A stretch of 63,999 nt of DNA, filler included, from Pelomyxa schiedti (GCA_020536535.1; 14 parts of 14 records of this genome joined end to end with filler, not necessarily neighbours in it); one strand, 5' to 3'; shown: positions 25,900 through 38,670, numbered from the whole stretch's first letter. A program made the numbers and translations. Notes: generated by a model from the sequence alone, not told the origin.

Positions 25900-28885
25900 A
25901 GCACAGCATCATGTGCCATTGCACAATGTCTGCATTCTATGCTTCTGGTGCAGCTGATAATGCAGTAACTCTGCAGTCTCCTGTAGTGTCAGGTTCGTTT
26001 CAGAGGCTGGTCTTTCACTTTGCAGGTGTGGGATCAAGCCTTTACATGAATCTCAATTAAAAATAAGGATGACTGTATGCTGTTCAAGGCAAAATTCGTT
26101 GCAGCAAATAGTGATGGAGACATCTCTTGTAAATCCTCAACTGTTTGTTAGTTACTGGGCACAGGTTGTGCAGACACTGTTCCTTCTCACAATAATGATA
26201 CTGCAGGATGTCCACTGATAGTCGCAGAAGTATTTTCGTGACGACTTGCCAGCATTCAGGGTCAGCTCTTGTTTTGCTGTGTATTTCCTTTCCCAACATA
26301 CAAGAGGATCCCATGTGTTGTATGTACTTCTGAGGATCAGTCTCCTCTGTGTCTGAGTGCTTACTGATTTGTTTGGGTGCATGATCATCTCCCCAAACCA
26401 GGTTTCCTTCTTTCACTCCAGAAAACAAAGGTAAATCACTGATTGGCTCTTAGGTGCTCCACTGAAATTCATCTTGATTTGAGCTCAATACGATTCACTT
26501 TTTGTTGCACTCATGCCATGAACACTGATGTATGCATGATTTTCTAATTTCCACACTAATCCCATTTCAAGATGTATGGGTGCCAAAAATGTTTGCTTCA
26601 CTGCCAGGAATATCCCCAATCAACTGAACGAGATTCCACAGTATGCCTGAGTGGCTGAGCTGTTTCCATCCCTGGAGAGCTTCCTGGAGCTCACTTATTC
26701 TTGTTGATTCTGACTTCTAGATGAAGTACAATTCGTTGGTAGAATGCCCTTCATGCACCTTCACACTAAGTCACCAACAAGTCTACTATGCCCCTGAACT
26801 CCCATCCAACAAATCCTGTTACCTGAGCATGAAGACACTCAGCTGTAAGATTGCTCCATGGTTTCCCGCAGTTCCCAAGAATTAGAGCCTTTGAGCAACA
26901 CCTTTGCCCCAGGAGAACCCACCAGCGCTCAATGCATGCTCAAGTATGTCAATTCTTCCTCAACTATTATCTCATCACTCCTAAGATAATCAGCCCATCA
27001 CCACATGAATTTCCTCTCGTTGTAATTAGCTACAGCACTTTGCCATTTTCTGCGGTCATGGGTGTACAGAGGAACTGCAACATGTGCAAGGACTCCCTGA
27101 GTCCAATGTGCCTCTGCCTTGGAATTCACCCATGCCACGTTAGACCCACACCATCGGTGCTGAACTAAGACACTCAGGTTTGTGTTCTCATTTCTATTGT
27201 TGTTGACCTGATGTCCATTAACAGAGAACAACTGCCCTGAAGCCTTCTGTGCCTGAAACAAGGGTACTTGCATTAGCTTCCCGCTGGAGTGGGCACTCTG
27301 CTTGTCTGTATGGCGAAGGTCTCAGAGGTATATTTGAGCAGTTTCCGGCCTTTTGTGATCACTACTGAGTGCGCTATTGCACACTATTGCCAGTGTGTGA
27401 TTGGCACTGAACATTCATTGATCTCACTTGCACATTGCAGGGTTGATGACTTCTACAGAGATCGGAGATAATGCTTCCTCTTGCCTCCTAGTTGGAACAA
27501 GTGCAAAAATTCCCAGCTAGAGTATGTTCTCCTCCTTGAGCTTGCTTTTTACTTCCAATTGTAGGGCCGATTTTTTGATCACTGGGATTCTGGGCAATTT
27601 CTTTTGTCTGGCAAACCTCTTTAAATACCAGCGCCTGCAAGATGCTTGGTCTTTTGTGGCAGCTCTCATCATGGGTAAGCCTTCTGTATTCCCTCATCTT
27701 GCCTGATATATGCCACCAGTTGCTGGGTGTATGCTGCAATGCCCGCGGTTTTGGCATGACCTTGTACAGTATGAATTATTAACTCCTTGCTGGGTTTCGG
27801 CTGTTCCTTCAGGCAGACTTTCCTTGGATGGAAATTTATTGGTATGTTAGAGAAATTTTCTTGTGTGAACTAATGAAGTTTCGATTTTGCAACTGTCCTG
27901 TTACCAGTTGCATTATGGACTGCTCTGATTGACTGTCCTGTTACCAGTCATTGGCTGTCACATCGTTACCAGCATTGCAAACCACTGCCAATCTTTTGTT
28001 GGCGGTGATCCAGGTGACTGACTTTGTTACCAGTCTTCCTGGCTGTTGCCCCAACAACAGTGCCTTTCTTGTGAACAGCTGTCCTGGCTGTTGCTCCAAC
28101 AACAGTGCGTTACCAGCTGTCACATTTATTCAGAGCTCTGATTATTTGACTATCAGGCAGTCCTTCAAGGTTCTTCTTCATTGCTCACACTCGAAGATTC
28201 TCTCTTTTTTCCATGGCTGGGATATTCTCCCTCATCCCTACTTCTAGGGCCCATCGACACTCTCTGGTGCTCATGGTGGTTTACCTTCCCAGCATTCACT
28301 GTAAACGAATCCCTGGTTTCACTATTGGCTCTGGGTGACTTGCTGCTTTGTGCGTATATTTTATATCGCCCAGTACCAAGTTAATCCCTTCGCAGTTGTG
28401 AATGGTTGCAAAGTGCTGCTACACCTGGTCTTCTTGGGATTCCGATTCCAAGCCGGCTGTAATATTCCCACCAGTGCCTTGTTGGTTGCTTGCCGCGGCC
28501 TGTTCAATCTCAAAGCTTGCATAGTAAGGGCTCCTTTCTGTATAATACCGACTGTCTGATGTATTGGCCGATGGGCAGTCAGGTGGTCCTTCCACATGTA
28601 ACTTCCTGTACTTATTCTGTAATAGCCATCCCACGAACTCCCGCGAATTTGTTTCACATTCGGAATTATGAAGGTAAACATAATTTCTTCTCCTTCTTCT
28701 GACCAATCCTCAGCCTCTCAACTGGGTTCCTCCCTCCAGTTCTCTTGGAGCTTTCCTCTCACAGCCCTGACTCACTGGCGCACAGTTCCTCTATCACCAC
28801 ACTCTTCCACCCACTCATTCCATTACCCAGAGAAGGCAATTCTTGATGTGGTTATTCTGAGTGCTTCTACCCCCAGGCTGTCTGC
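25900..28885 (-). mobile_element. Possible heavily decayed retroelement or other intronless pseudogene
   Basis: About 3 kb with no evident introns, an A/G-rich minus strand, many short broken frames and internal short repeats (27895-28110). No intact RT or integrase motif is readable. Confidence 0.3.
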
Positions 28886-29350
28886 NNNNNNNNNNNNNNN
28901 NNNNNNNNNNNNNNNNNNNNNNNNNNNNNTTAATTAATTAANNNNNNNNNNNNNNNNNNNNNNNNNNNNNNNNNNNNNNNNNNNNAAATGCTGTAACAAA
29001 GTTTCTCGAGGTAATTCTGCCCCGCCGTTGAATACTCTCACACTTTACTTCTCAGGCCTCCACTCGATCCCACTTCTATGGAAGTTCTGGCCTGTTCTAT
29101 CCCTATCCCGAGCGGAAATGCTACTGCTTCCTGAAGAGCCCACAGGTGCAAAGGACTCTTCCGATTTAGAATCAGTGGATATGACTGCGTCTGTGCCTGA
29201 TGACGATGCCGGAACAGTCAAAATGGTAATTCTACGCAAGTAGAGTCTACACCAAGACACTCCCCGGCCCCAACAAACAAACCCACAACTACGTACATGC
29301 AATCAGTAACTAATAAGAAACGTATTGGCGTATTTCCATTATAAAGTACA

Positions 29351-30497
29351 TTACAACTGAAAGAGTGGCAAAATCTCCTGGAATCTGTACTCAAGAATGA
29401 GGTGTATGGACTCCATCGGGATTGTAAATATACATGCTGTATCTCCTTTCTTCCACTGGCATATCTTCAAGGCATTAGGGCAAGTGACATGAAAGAACAC
29501 AAACCATAAGGGATATGATCTTCTTTTGGAAGTAGGCCTCCTTTGCGTATTGGGCAAAGTCCTCCGGTGATTGCATTGTGAACTCTGTGGGGAGATAATT
29601 CCCCTTAACTGAGACCCACATTATGTGGTTTCAATGTGAGTATGATTATTAAGGAAGTAGAACAGCGAATGGGTATTGTGAGAGGAAGAGACTTTACTGT
29701 TAAGTGATTGAAGCATCGGCAAAGCACCAATGTAAGTAAGAGGTATATCAGTGAGTCCATTCCTTGATACTGGCGAAAAAGTGAGGAACAAGGCCAGTGA
29801 AGGTAAGAACATACAATCGAGAGTTTCCAGTGCTGTCAGGCAGCTTATGCAAGTGGGAATTTCTTCTATTTTATTGACTGACACTATTTGTATCTGAACA
29901 TGTGAGGTGTTTCTTGATTTGTTTTTGCGCAGGTCAGTGCATACAGTTTAGCAACTTGAGCTTCTTTAAAGTCGATATTTCATCAGGAATTTCTCGAATC
30001 TTGTTGAACCTCACTAGGAATCATTAATAATGTGCAAACTTAGACTATTGTAATGGTATTAGCATCACGTACAATGCAATTCAGCCAGGTCAACCATCCG
30101 GCTAATTGAGCATGGAATATGTTCAATTTCATTCGATCCCACTAAGGCAATGTCAGAATAAGAAAATAGAGTATAATGTGTCAACACACAGTTGAGGTGA
30201 GTCAAATTTGTCCTGTCCATCACGGACTGTGGTACGTGCCTAATCCCCAATCCCCGCACTGTTTTAAAGCAAACCCCACATTAAATTCCTTTTGCTTGTT
30301 TCCATATACATAGTCTAATCCCTTCTCTTACTTGGAAACAAATAAAAACATAATAATTTACGTTGTAGGCGCGAATCGGCAGGTGGCCTCGCCATCATCC
30401 CGATAGTAGCTCGGCATGTCTCCGAGAAACCACCCCCAAGCCCTGCACCTGCCGTCCCATAACTCCCCGTTGCCTCCTCCTTGTGATGCCCACTCAT
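29351..30497 (-). CDS. Leucine-rich-repeat protein, one LRR per exon, with a possible F-box-like C-terminal segment; 3' end uncertain
   Basis: Exons LGSNEIEHIPCSISRMVDLAELH, LRFNKIREIPDEISTLKKLKLLN, LSVNKIEEIPTCISCLTALETLD, LSRNGLTDIPLTYIGALPMLQSLN, then FTIPMESIHLILEY. Confidence 0.8.
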
Positions 30498-30993
30498 GAG
30501 AAAACCCGCGTGTGTTTTGGAGAAAACGAAAACTGATGGCGCTGAGTTTCGTCCTACGATTCGTTTGTTTTGGGCGGGGGCAAACCCCTCGCTTTATCCT
30601 CAGCCAGTTTGATGCGCCGATCCATTTCGTCAATGTCACGACCGGAGCAATTACCATTCTCCAGGAGTTGCGCCTTTTGTTTGATGAGGCGCAGCAGCTC
30701 TTCCGTGTCGTCTATCCTGACGCGCAAGTCGTCTTTGGGTTTTCTGCAATGCAATTTAACAACAGGTGGCATTGTGAGTCGACGCATCACCCACCTGTTG
30801 TCCATGTGTGGGCCTGTGGATGGATTAAAATTTGATGTACAGAGTTCTGTGAAGTGGCAATGAACTTCCTCAATGGAGGGAATCATTGCAAGCTGGTTGT
30901 AGTAAACCCCCCATCCAACAACAACACACCAGTGAGACAAGGAAAAAACCGAAAAACAACACCATCACGAAAAACCCATCGTATCGATGCAAA

Positions 30994-32475
30994 ATGATAA
31001 GGACACTCAAGCTGGTAGCCGTTGGCGACGGAGCCGTGGGGAAAGTAATGTGTCAATATTACTTGTTAATCTCATAGTATTGACATTGCCCGTTCCCACA
31101 ATTAACTCGTTTCCATTCAAGACGTGCATGTATATCAGGTACACTTCGTTTCCGTCAGACTACGTGCCAACCGTATGTCATTTTCTTTATCTCACTCACA
31201 AACTTTGAGTGACACGGTTATCCAAAGGTGTTTGACAATTACAAGTAAGACCGTTTTTACCCTCTCTTCTGTTACACAAACTCGTTGCATTGCCTGAATT
31301 TGACCACATGTGAGTGGTCACTTCTTCCAGAAGGAAACCGTGCGGAATCACCCTCACCTCGATATGGTTCATCAATGATCTCATTCGCGAAGTGCTTGTT
31401 CGTGTTTGGAGGGTATGCTCAGCAACACCAAATACTTGAGAATGAGAATGTTGTGGGGGTTGGGCTGAACAATGCTGCAGATATGACTGCAACGGGATTG
31501 AAGGTGAGGATGTGACTTGTTATGACTTGACTGCTCAAACTTGGATTCCAGTGTGTATTTTCTCACATGCTTTTTCCACAAAAACCGTTGCATTCTTTTT
31601 TTACAAAAATCAGTATTCCCCTGAGAACTTTGACACATATTCACTCCCCACACAGGTTCCAATCAAACTGGGAAGACAAGCACCAAGTGGAAGATTCAAC
31701 CACACCGCTGTTTGCCACACCGGAAACATGATTATCTTCGGTAAAACGCCCCCTCAATTTGAACCCACAACAATGACTCAACAACTTCCTCCCCACACAC
31801 AACACACACTCACAGGTGGAATTCTGAATGGGAGGAGGCTCAACGATGTGTGGATTTTCGGTAAAACAATCAGAACAATCCCAAATCATGCTTTTACTTT
31901 CAAAACCAGATATTTCCTCAAAGGTGTGGTTGAAACCAGCAACCCAAGGGATCACACCACCACCGATGCGAGGCCACTCAGCTGCTGTGATTGGTGATGA
32001 AATGTTTGTGTGCTCTTGTGATCTCCCTGCAAATCCTTCTTCAATGGCTTTGTTCAAGTATTCCCCTCTCTTCATAATTCCTTCCTCCTCTCTCCTCCAA
32101 TTGATTCTCACTCTCCGACACAGACTCACGTTGGGATCAACAACATTTGAGTGGACACGAGTTGAGATCGGGAACACACCACCTGTTCGTGAATTCCACA
32201 CGAACTGTGGATGCACATTTTCTCGTTCTGCGATCCAAAGGATCTCTTCCGGCTTTCCGCTGTATGTGTATCAAACCACCCTCAAGTTGACCCTCACAAA
32301 TGCATGACACGCACGGACACACACACAGGTTTGCCGGGATTTCCGGGCACTTGCATCGACGGACGGACTGTGGACGTGGTTCATTCCGACGAGTATCATC
32401 AGTTCACCACCGAACAAGGGTGCTCCCCTCAAGTCCCTGTTCAGATCATCTGTTGCGTTTGCCCCACTGGAATAA
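30994..32475 (+). pseudogene. Deletion-scarred locus: Rho/Rac N-terminus, Kelch repeats, then F-box
   Basis: [15 protein letters not shown]...FPSDYVPT|VFDNY, then a jump to YTNSLHCLNLTTCEW...PSPRYGSS...FVFGG, GRFNHTAV, RGHSAAV, REFHT, then out-of-frame PHELWMHIFSFCDPKDLFRLSAVCRDFRALASTDGLW. Confidence 0.8.
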
Positions 32476-32894
32476 GTGTAAAACCTCACTGGTGATTGGT
32501 ATGCTGTGCTCTTTTTTTCCTTTCCAACATACCTCAGGATTTTTGTTCCCTGACTGAACATTCCGGCGTTCAAAAAAAACAAAGCCTGAAGTTCGAAGAA
32601 ACAGATGAGCGCTAACACAATGCAGCAATCAAAGATGGTGGCTGTTGGTCGGTATTATGGTACACTGCTGGTGTTATACGCCTCCCCCTGAGGATGTTAC
32701 TTGTTATGACTTGACTGCACAAACTTGGATTCAGTGACCCCTTTTTCGCCGTAATGACCCCCCGTTCACCCCACATACACACAGCGCCGTTGTTCATCAC
32801 CTCCCCTTTCACTGAATGAAGTTCAAAACAAAAAACCACCTTGAACTGTTCATCATAAAAACCGGTTGCGGAGCAGGCAGGCGAGGAGGCACGA

Positions 32895-33989
32895 ATGGAA
32901 GCACTCAAGATCGTTGTCATTGGAGACGGAGCCGTGGGGAAAGTGTGTAATAACGTTACGTTGCACTGTACTTCTACGCAGCGCCTCCCACAATTCACAC
33001 ATATCGCGGGTTTTTGACTTTTGCTCAAGACTTGCCTGACTATGCAGTGCACTCTGGGCTATTTCCCAGCGGCAGAGCACATCGCCCATGTACGCTTTTT
33101 TTCAGTTGAACTTGTGGTGTTTTTCGCTACTTTTTGTTGCTGACAAGTTAAGTTTAAGGTGTTAGATACTCACAGGTAAAAAAAAAAGGGGCGGGAGCGT
33201 GTTTGATTGACTGTATCAAGTGTGAATGTTATCTTTGAGAACAAGTCGTACACTTTGGGATTTTGGGACACTCCTGGTCTGACAACCTCCTTTTTTTTTG
33301 TGCTCGATTTTATTTTCAACTCAGAAATTTAGGGCAAGACGATTATGACAGGCTGAGACCACTGAGCTATCCCCAAACAAATCTCTTCTTGGTTTGATTC
33401 CCACGTTGTGTTTTCCTTTTGTCATGACACCCACCCAAAGGTCTGTTTTTCGATTATGTCACCTCCCTCTTTAGAGCACGTTCGGTCAAAGGTACAACCA
33501 TAAATCCTTTTGTTCTTTATTCACCAAATTAATTTTTTCTGATCAACATTCAAGTGGTTCCGTGAGGTGAGACATTCCTGCACATCTTTTTTGCACCAAA
33601 ATTTCGGTTAGATTTCTCAGTGCCCAACCAGCCCGCGCATCATCGTTGGTACAAAACGTGACTTGAGGACCGATCCTGTTTGCCTTCAGCGTCTAAGAGA
33701 GTGCGGTCAGACACCTGTTTCTTTTGAAATGGCCTCTGAGGTAAAGCCTGGTCGATCAGGGATTTAATAAAAATTGACATCTTAACCTCAGATGGCGCGA
33801 GAGCTTCAGGCATCAGCGTACATTGAGATCAGTTCATTGACTGGAGATCACATTCAAGATCTTTTCACACACGCAATCAGGATCGCCACAACAGGATCAA
33901 CTGTAATGCCGTGCTCGAAAAGAAAGAAATCAGCTTCATCATTTTCATGGGTAAACACTCCTCCTTTAGACTCAAACTCACTCTCATAA
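32895..33989 (+). CDS. Divergent Rho/Rac-family GTPase, 9 exons
   Basis: Spliced: [43 protein letters not shown] with Rho insert, YIEISSLT. Confidence 0.92.
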
Positions 33990-35384
33990 ATAAAACAGGG
34001 AACTCTGTGGAACGCAGTTGCTCCTCTCATTGGAACATCAAGGTCTGCTTCCACAGTTCATCGACTGTCATGGTCACCACTTTTCACCAACGTTGATGTG
34101 GCTGCGAGGTAATCTCTCCTTATAATTCAGGGAGTGTNNNNNNNNNNNNNNNNNNNNNNNNNNNNNNNNNNNNNNNNNNNNTTAATTAATTAANNNNNNN
34201 NNNNNNNNNNNNNNNNNNNNNNNNNNNNNNNNNNNNNGAAGTTTAAGTCCGACTGAGTTGCTGCATGAGGGAGTCCGATGTTGGAGTGAGGGAGACCTAA
34301 AACAAAATGGAAACATACCACACACACACATGCAGGAGGATGTGAGGAGTGAGGAAGCATAGGAGACCAGGCCAGCTACAGTATGCCACGCCATCCACAC
34401 CTGCAAAATGGAGTTAGCAGGGTCGGAGAGAAGAACAACAAGGTACCTTGATGTTGCTGTGTTATTATTCAGCCGTGGCTCCATCATTCCGGTTATCTGT
34501 CAGCATGTTAGTGGAGCCAATGATGGTTAAGGACATGCCAAATCCCAAGTCCCTGAGGAACAATTTCAGAAAGGTGTCTGGCCGGCATGTTAGTGGGACC
34601 AGGGAAGGCTATGGGAAGGGTACAAACCAAATTCCAAAGTCAGTGGCATCCATTGTCCCTGTTGTTGTTGAGTGGTGTTTTTGTTTTAAAAGGAGAGGGA
34701 GTGTACCCTGGTGATAGATTGTCAAGCAGGTCCACCACCTGAATAACATATGTGAGGTGCAGGGGAAAAAAAAAAAGAAGACGCATACCAGTGTCACTGT
34801 TGGAAATGCGGAAAGGGGCTGTGGTGCGCCACACTGGGGCCTGGGTCTGGGTACCTACGTATCATGGTTGAGTGGGGTGACGATACAAAGGAGAGGGGAT
34901 TTACTGTGACGATGACAGCTGACAAGTTGGAACACCTCCTGGTTAGAAAGTGTGAGAACTCGAAAAAGAAACACAAATAAGAGGTTTTTTTTTAAAAAAA
35001 AAAAATGGTTTGATAACCACCACCTCGTTTCCATCGTCGCTACAGTTGGGGAAAAAACAAAGAGGGGTTTTTTTAAATGAAAAAAAAATACTTATTTTTA
35101 AGGAAAATAAGACGACGACAAACAACCACACACAATGATCACTGTCCATGTGGGTGTCACTTGGTCCACGCCCCAGGACCAACGTGTTGGGTTTTCTTTT
35201 TTTTTCCTTGTGGGGGGAGGTGATTGTTTTCCCGGAAATCCACGTTGAACAAAAGTGAACCATTTTTGGGTGAGGGAGTCAAACAGTGTTTACCTTCACA
35301 AAGCTGTGATGGTAAATGTGGAGTTTTGAGGGATATTTGCAATGGAGAGGATCACTGTGGTGGTCTGTTGTGTGTCAGTCACGT

Positions 35385-36689
35385 TCAGAACTGTTGGGCC
35401 TTGCCCTCCTGAACTCTCATTGGTTGTTGGGTATTGTTGTTGGTAAACAACAACCCACGCTCTGCTTTGACAACGCACGCACTGCCAATTGCAAAGATAC
35501 TCAGTGGGCCTGCCATGTGGCTTGCGTTCCACAGCTGGTACTCAGTTGGAAGTGACACACAGAGCGTGGTCTCATTCAGCTGTGACAATCCCTGAGCATC
35601 TCTGCACAGCTTTCTGCAGACTTTGGTGGCTTCCTCCACAACGAACACATCTCTTGACGATACTTTCGTGTTACTGAAGAGAACAAAGAACACTCGCTGG
35701 CTGCTTGTGTTGAAAACAAGAGCACTTTCAATGTGGGTGGAAAGTGACCTCGGTTCAGAGCATAGAGTCTCACTCAGAATGGCAGCAGCTCCAGTGGAAA
35801 ATGACTGAGCAGCATCAACCACAACCATGGTGTGACGCTGCATGCAATATCCCTGAACAACCACAACCACCTCGTCAGGGTTGCACTTGTTGAAGAACAG
35901 AAACACTGGCGTGTGCTGAAACCCACCACTCCCAACCAGTGATCTTGCACCGCAGTCAGAGAGCCTGATCAGCTTGACCCCAGGCCTCCCCAGGTCACTG
36001 TGAACAACCCACTTGCTGTTTGCTGCACTCAATGACACTTTTGCCGGCTTGTGCACCAGCACGCTCTCATCATCACCGGTCCCTACTGTTGTTGACTGTG
36101 TCACAACCCTCAGCCAAGAAGAAGGCCCTCCCCAACACACATTCTCAACAACACCCACTGCAGCCCCCCTTCTTCCTTCATTGGCCTCACCACCACTGCC
36201 ATTTTCAGTTCGGCTGGGGGGGACAACAGCAACGCAGGTGGCACTGTATGCAGAAACCCTGCTGTGACTCCACTCGAACAAAGGGGCAGACACAGTCCCA
36301 GGGCACACACCACCAAGTGGCAGTGACACACTGAATGACATGAGGCTGTTGTGCACGTGATTGAGGTATGTTGTGTTGTCCCTTGATGACGTGGACACAA
36401 CAACACCAAAGGTCCTTTTGGCTGCAAACCCAGCCACCATGTGATCCCACAATTGGCTGAGGAGGGCTGGCTGCGCGGTTATGACGTGGGCTGGGCTGCA
36501 CGCGCCGCAGCGAGGGTGCGACGACATTGCCAGCCCCATGAACTGCTTTCGTGCACTCAGGTGCACCACAATTGTGGGTTGCAGTCGTGGTTCAGAAGCA
36601 GCAGAACCAACGTGGTTGCCGGTCAACATCACCAAACAAAAAAAACCATTCACCGAAATCAGAATCCGATGTAATACAGGTCTTACCAT
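35385..36689 (-). CDS. Lineage-expanded family protein (ARKQFMGLAMSSHPRCG, NSKW, VDAAQS, VEEAT, SQLN, AERGLLF)
   Basis: Intronless 434-aa ORF with the family motifs in order. Confidence 0.82.
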   Translation of the reverse strand: MVRPVLHRILISVNGFFCLVMLTGNHVGSAASEPRLQPTIVVHLSARKQFMGLAMSSHPRCGACSPAHVITAQPALLSQLWDHMVAGFAAKRTFGVVVSTSSRDNTTYLNHVHNSLMSFSVSLPLGGVCPGTVSAPLFEWSHSRVSAYSATCVAVVPPSRTENGSGGEANEGRRGAAVGVVENVCWGGPSSWLRVVTQSTTVGTGDDESVLVHKPAKVSLSAANSKWVVHSDLGRPGVKLIRLSDCGARSLVGSGGFQHTPVFLFFNKCNPDEVVVVVQGYCMQRHTMVVVDAAQSFSTGAAAILSETLCSEPRSLSTHIESALVFNTSSQRVFFVLFSNTKVSSRDVFVVEEATKVCRKLCRDAQGLSQLNETTLCVSLPTEYQLWNASHMAGPLSIFAIGSACVVKAERGLLFTNNNTQQPMRVQEGKAQQF

Positions 36690-37089
36690 TGCTTGTTCTC
36701 GGTAGCTCGTGATCCCGCGATCAAAAGAGATTCACCAAAGCTAATCTTGACACCTTTGGCACCATTCCCCTGTGTAGCGTCTATAAGATCTCCGTTTCAA
36801 CGAGATCACAATGGTCGGAAAATTGGTTGAGAAATTGAGTGTTGAATCAACTATTGTTGCGTTTGAGTTATTTGGTCTTGTGAAGGAAAAGCTAAGTCGC
36901 TGTTACGAGCGTCGTGTAGCGTAAGCTATTATTTAGGTTGTGGACTTGCCAGCAGGTACATGGTGAGGCATACTTTTACAATCCATTCTGTACTACTCAA
37001 GCTCTGTACCCTAATGTGAGCCGATGAAAGTCGGATCATTGAATAGCTCTTTGCCATTCATTCATTTTTTTATTTGATTAGTGAGTGAT

Positions 37090-38670
37090 TCAGGCTTCAC
37101 AGCGCAGGTGTGATAGAACTGAATTGGCCCAGTGGGAGGAGTTTCGCCAATAGCCGGTTCCATATATTTCATTCGCTCTGGGCCAACCAGTTGTTATTCG
37201 GGTACCGCAGTCTTTGCCAAGGGTACAAACCTGGCGTTTGGTTGATTGAGGCAGGGTGTTAGTTATTAAGGGAGGGAACGTACTAGGACGTCATTGATCC
37301 AAACGGAATGATTGGGGCTCAGAGGACCTCCTTCAAGCTCAAAGTTGAACAATTCTGTAATAAATATTTCCTGCACAGAAACCGTTTCGAAAGGATGAAT
37401 CCAATTGCCATTCTGTTGTTGAGTTAGTCTAACTCAACCATTGAGACATTTATGTTGACCATATTAAAATTGTTACCACAGAAATGGGGTGCCCTGGTGT
37501 TAGCCAAGTGTCTCCAATCCAGCACATAGGGGTCACAGAATTCACCTTTAGGACTTCAACTTTCACAACAGATTTCGGCGTGGCCTCAGTTGCCACAATG
37601 TCTCCAACAACAATATCCTTTACATATCTGTTATGTTGTTAGTTCGATTTTTTTTGGTTTGAGAAGACAAAAAGAAAGCTTGCTGGAACATTATTACTTT
37701 TTGGTGCCATTGCCCATTGCCACCTTCCCATCTCCAGTAAAGCATTTTTGAAACTTGAATTTTTTAAAGTAAGTGAGTATTGTATACAATACATACATAG
37801 TTTGCTTCTTCGGCTATTGAAGATCCAAGAAGTGTTTCACACAGTCTCTGTGCCATAAATCTTATTGGTGCCGGATTTGCACTCTCACACAATGCAATGC
37901 ACTTCAGAACACCAATATTTCCTGCCTCTGGTTTTTTGATGATTAATCCCTTCACGTAAAGGACTTGTTGTTCTTGACATACCAACTGCTTCAATAAAGT
38001 CATTGAGTCTCACCCAAACCCCAGAATCGAATAAAAGTTTGTACGCTTTCCCAACTTGTCCAAAGGTCAACACACATAAATATTAATATTAAGTGGTACA
38101 ATTGTCTACTTACCAGCATAAATGGCCGCTTCGGCAGTGTGTTCTATAGGGGAATAGTTCCCAAATGCCGTCATCCTCGAGTCAGTATCATCTCGTTTTG
38201 TCCGCGAACTCCCGAGCATGTCTACCTGTAAATCAAGTTCTGTGGGTGGTGGCTCTCTTTGCAAGCCATCAGAAGGAGTGCTGCAGTCATATGAAACAGA
38301 GGTATTGGCAATTGCGTGGAGAATATCTGAAGATAGAACTCGGAGAGGACTGTGTTGCCCAGCACGGGGATGACTGCCACACAAAAACGAAATCATAGCT
38401 CTTTGTGCGTCTTGAGAGCACACTTTTTCCTTGGGATTAAAAAAAAAAGACAGGAGGGGAAGCAGTACGCATTATTCGTTTCCATATGTTTGACTTCTTC
38501 ATAAGATCTTGGCATTCCTCAGTGTACCAGTCAGCCCAAGCTTGACTACAAGCACGAGATAGTAAAACTGTGTTGATTCCAGAAGCCCGTAGATTTCTGG
38601 CCCACTCAACACACGGCTTTTGCCTTCTCCAAGCAATTGTTGCTTCCATGGCCCGCATTTGTTCCTCCTG
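37090..38670 (-). CDS. HPRxG/F-box-like motif protein with a C-terminal Vint-type Hint (intein-like) domain; 5' end probably truncated by the contig end
   Basis: Seven short GT-AG introns splice in frame: ...FLCGSHPRAGQHSPLRVLSSDILHAIA...EANYFQK/CFTGDGKVAMGNGTKKYVKDIVVGDIVAT...WLTPGHPISVNGNWIHP...LFNFELEGG...HSVWINDVLVCTLGK...*. Confidence 0.82.
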
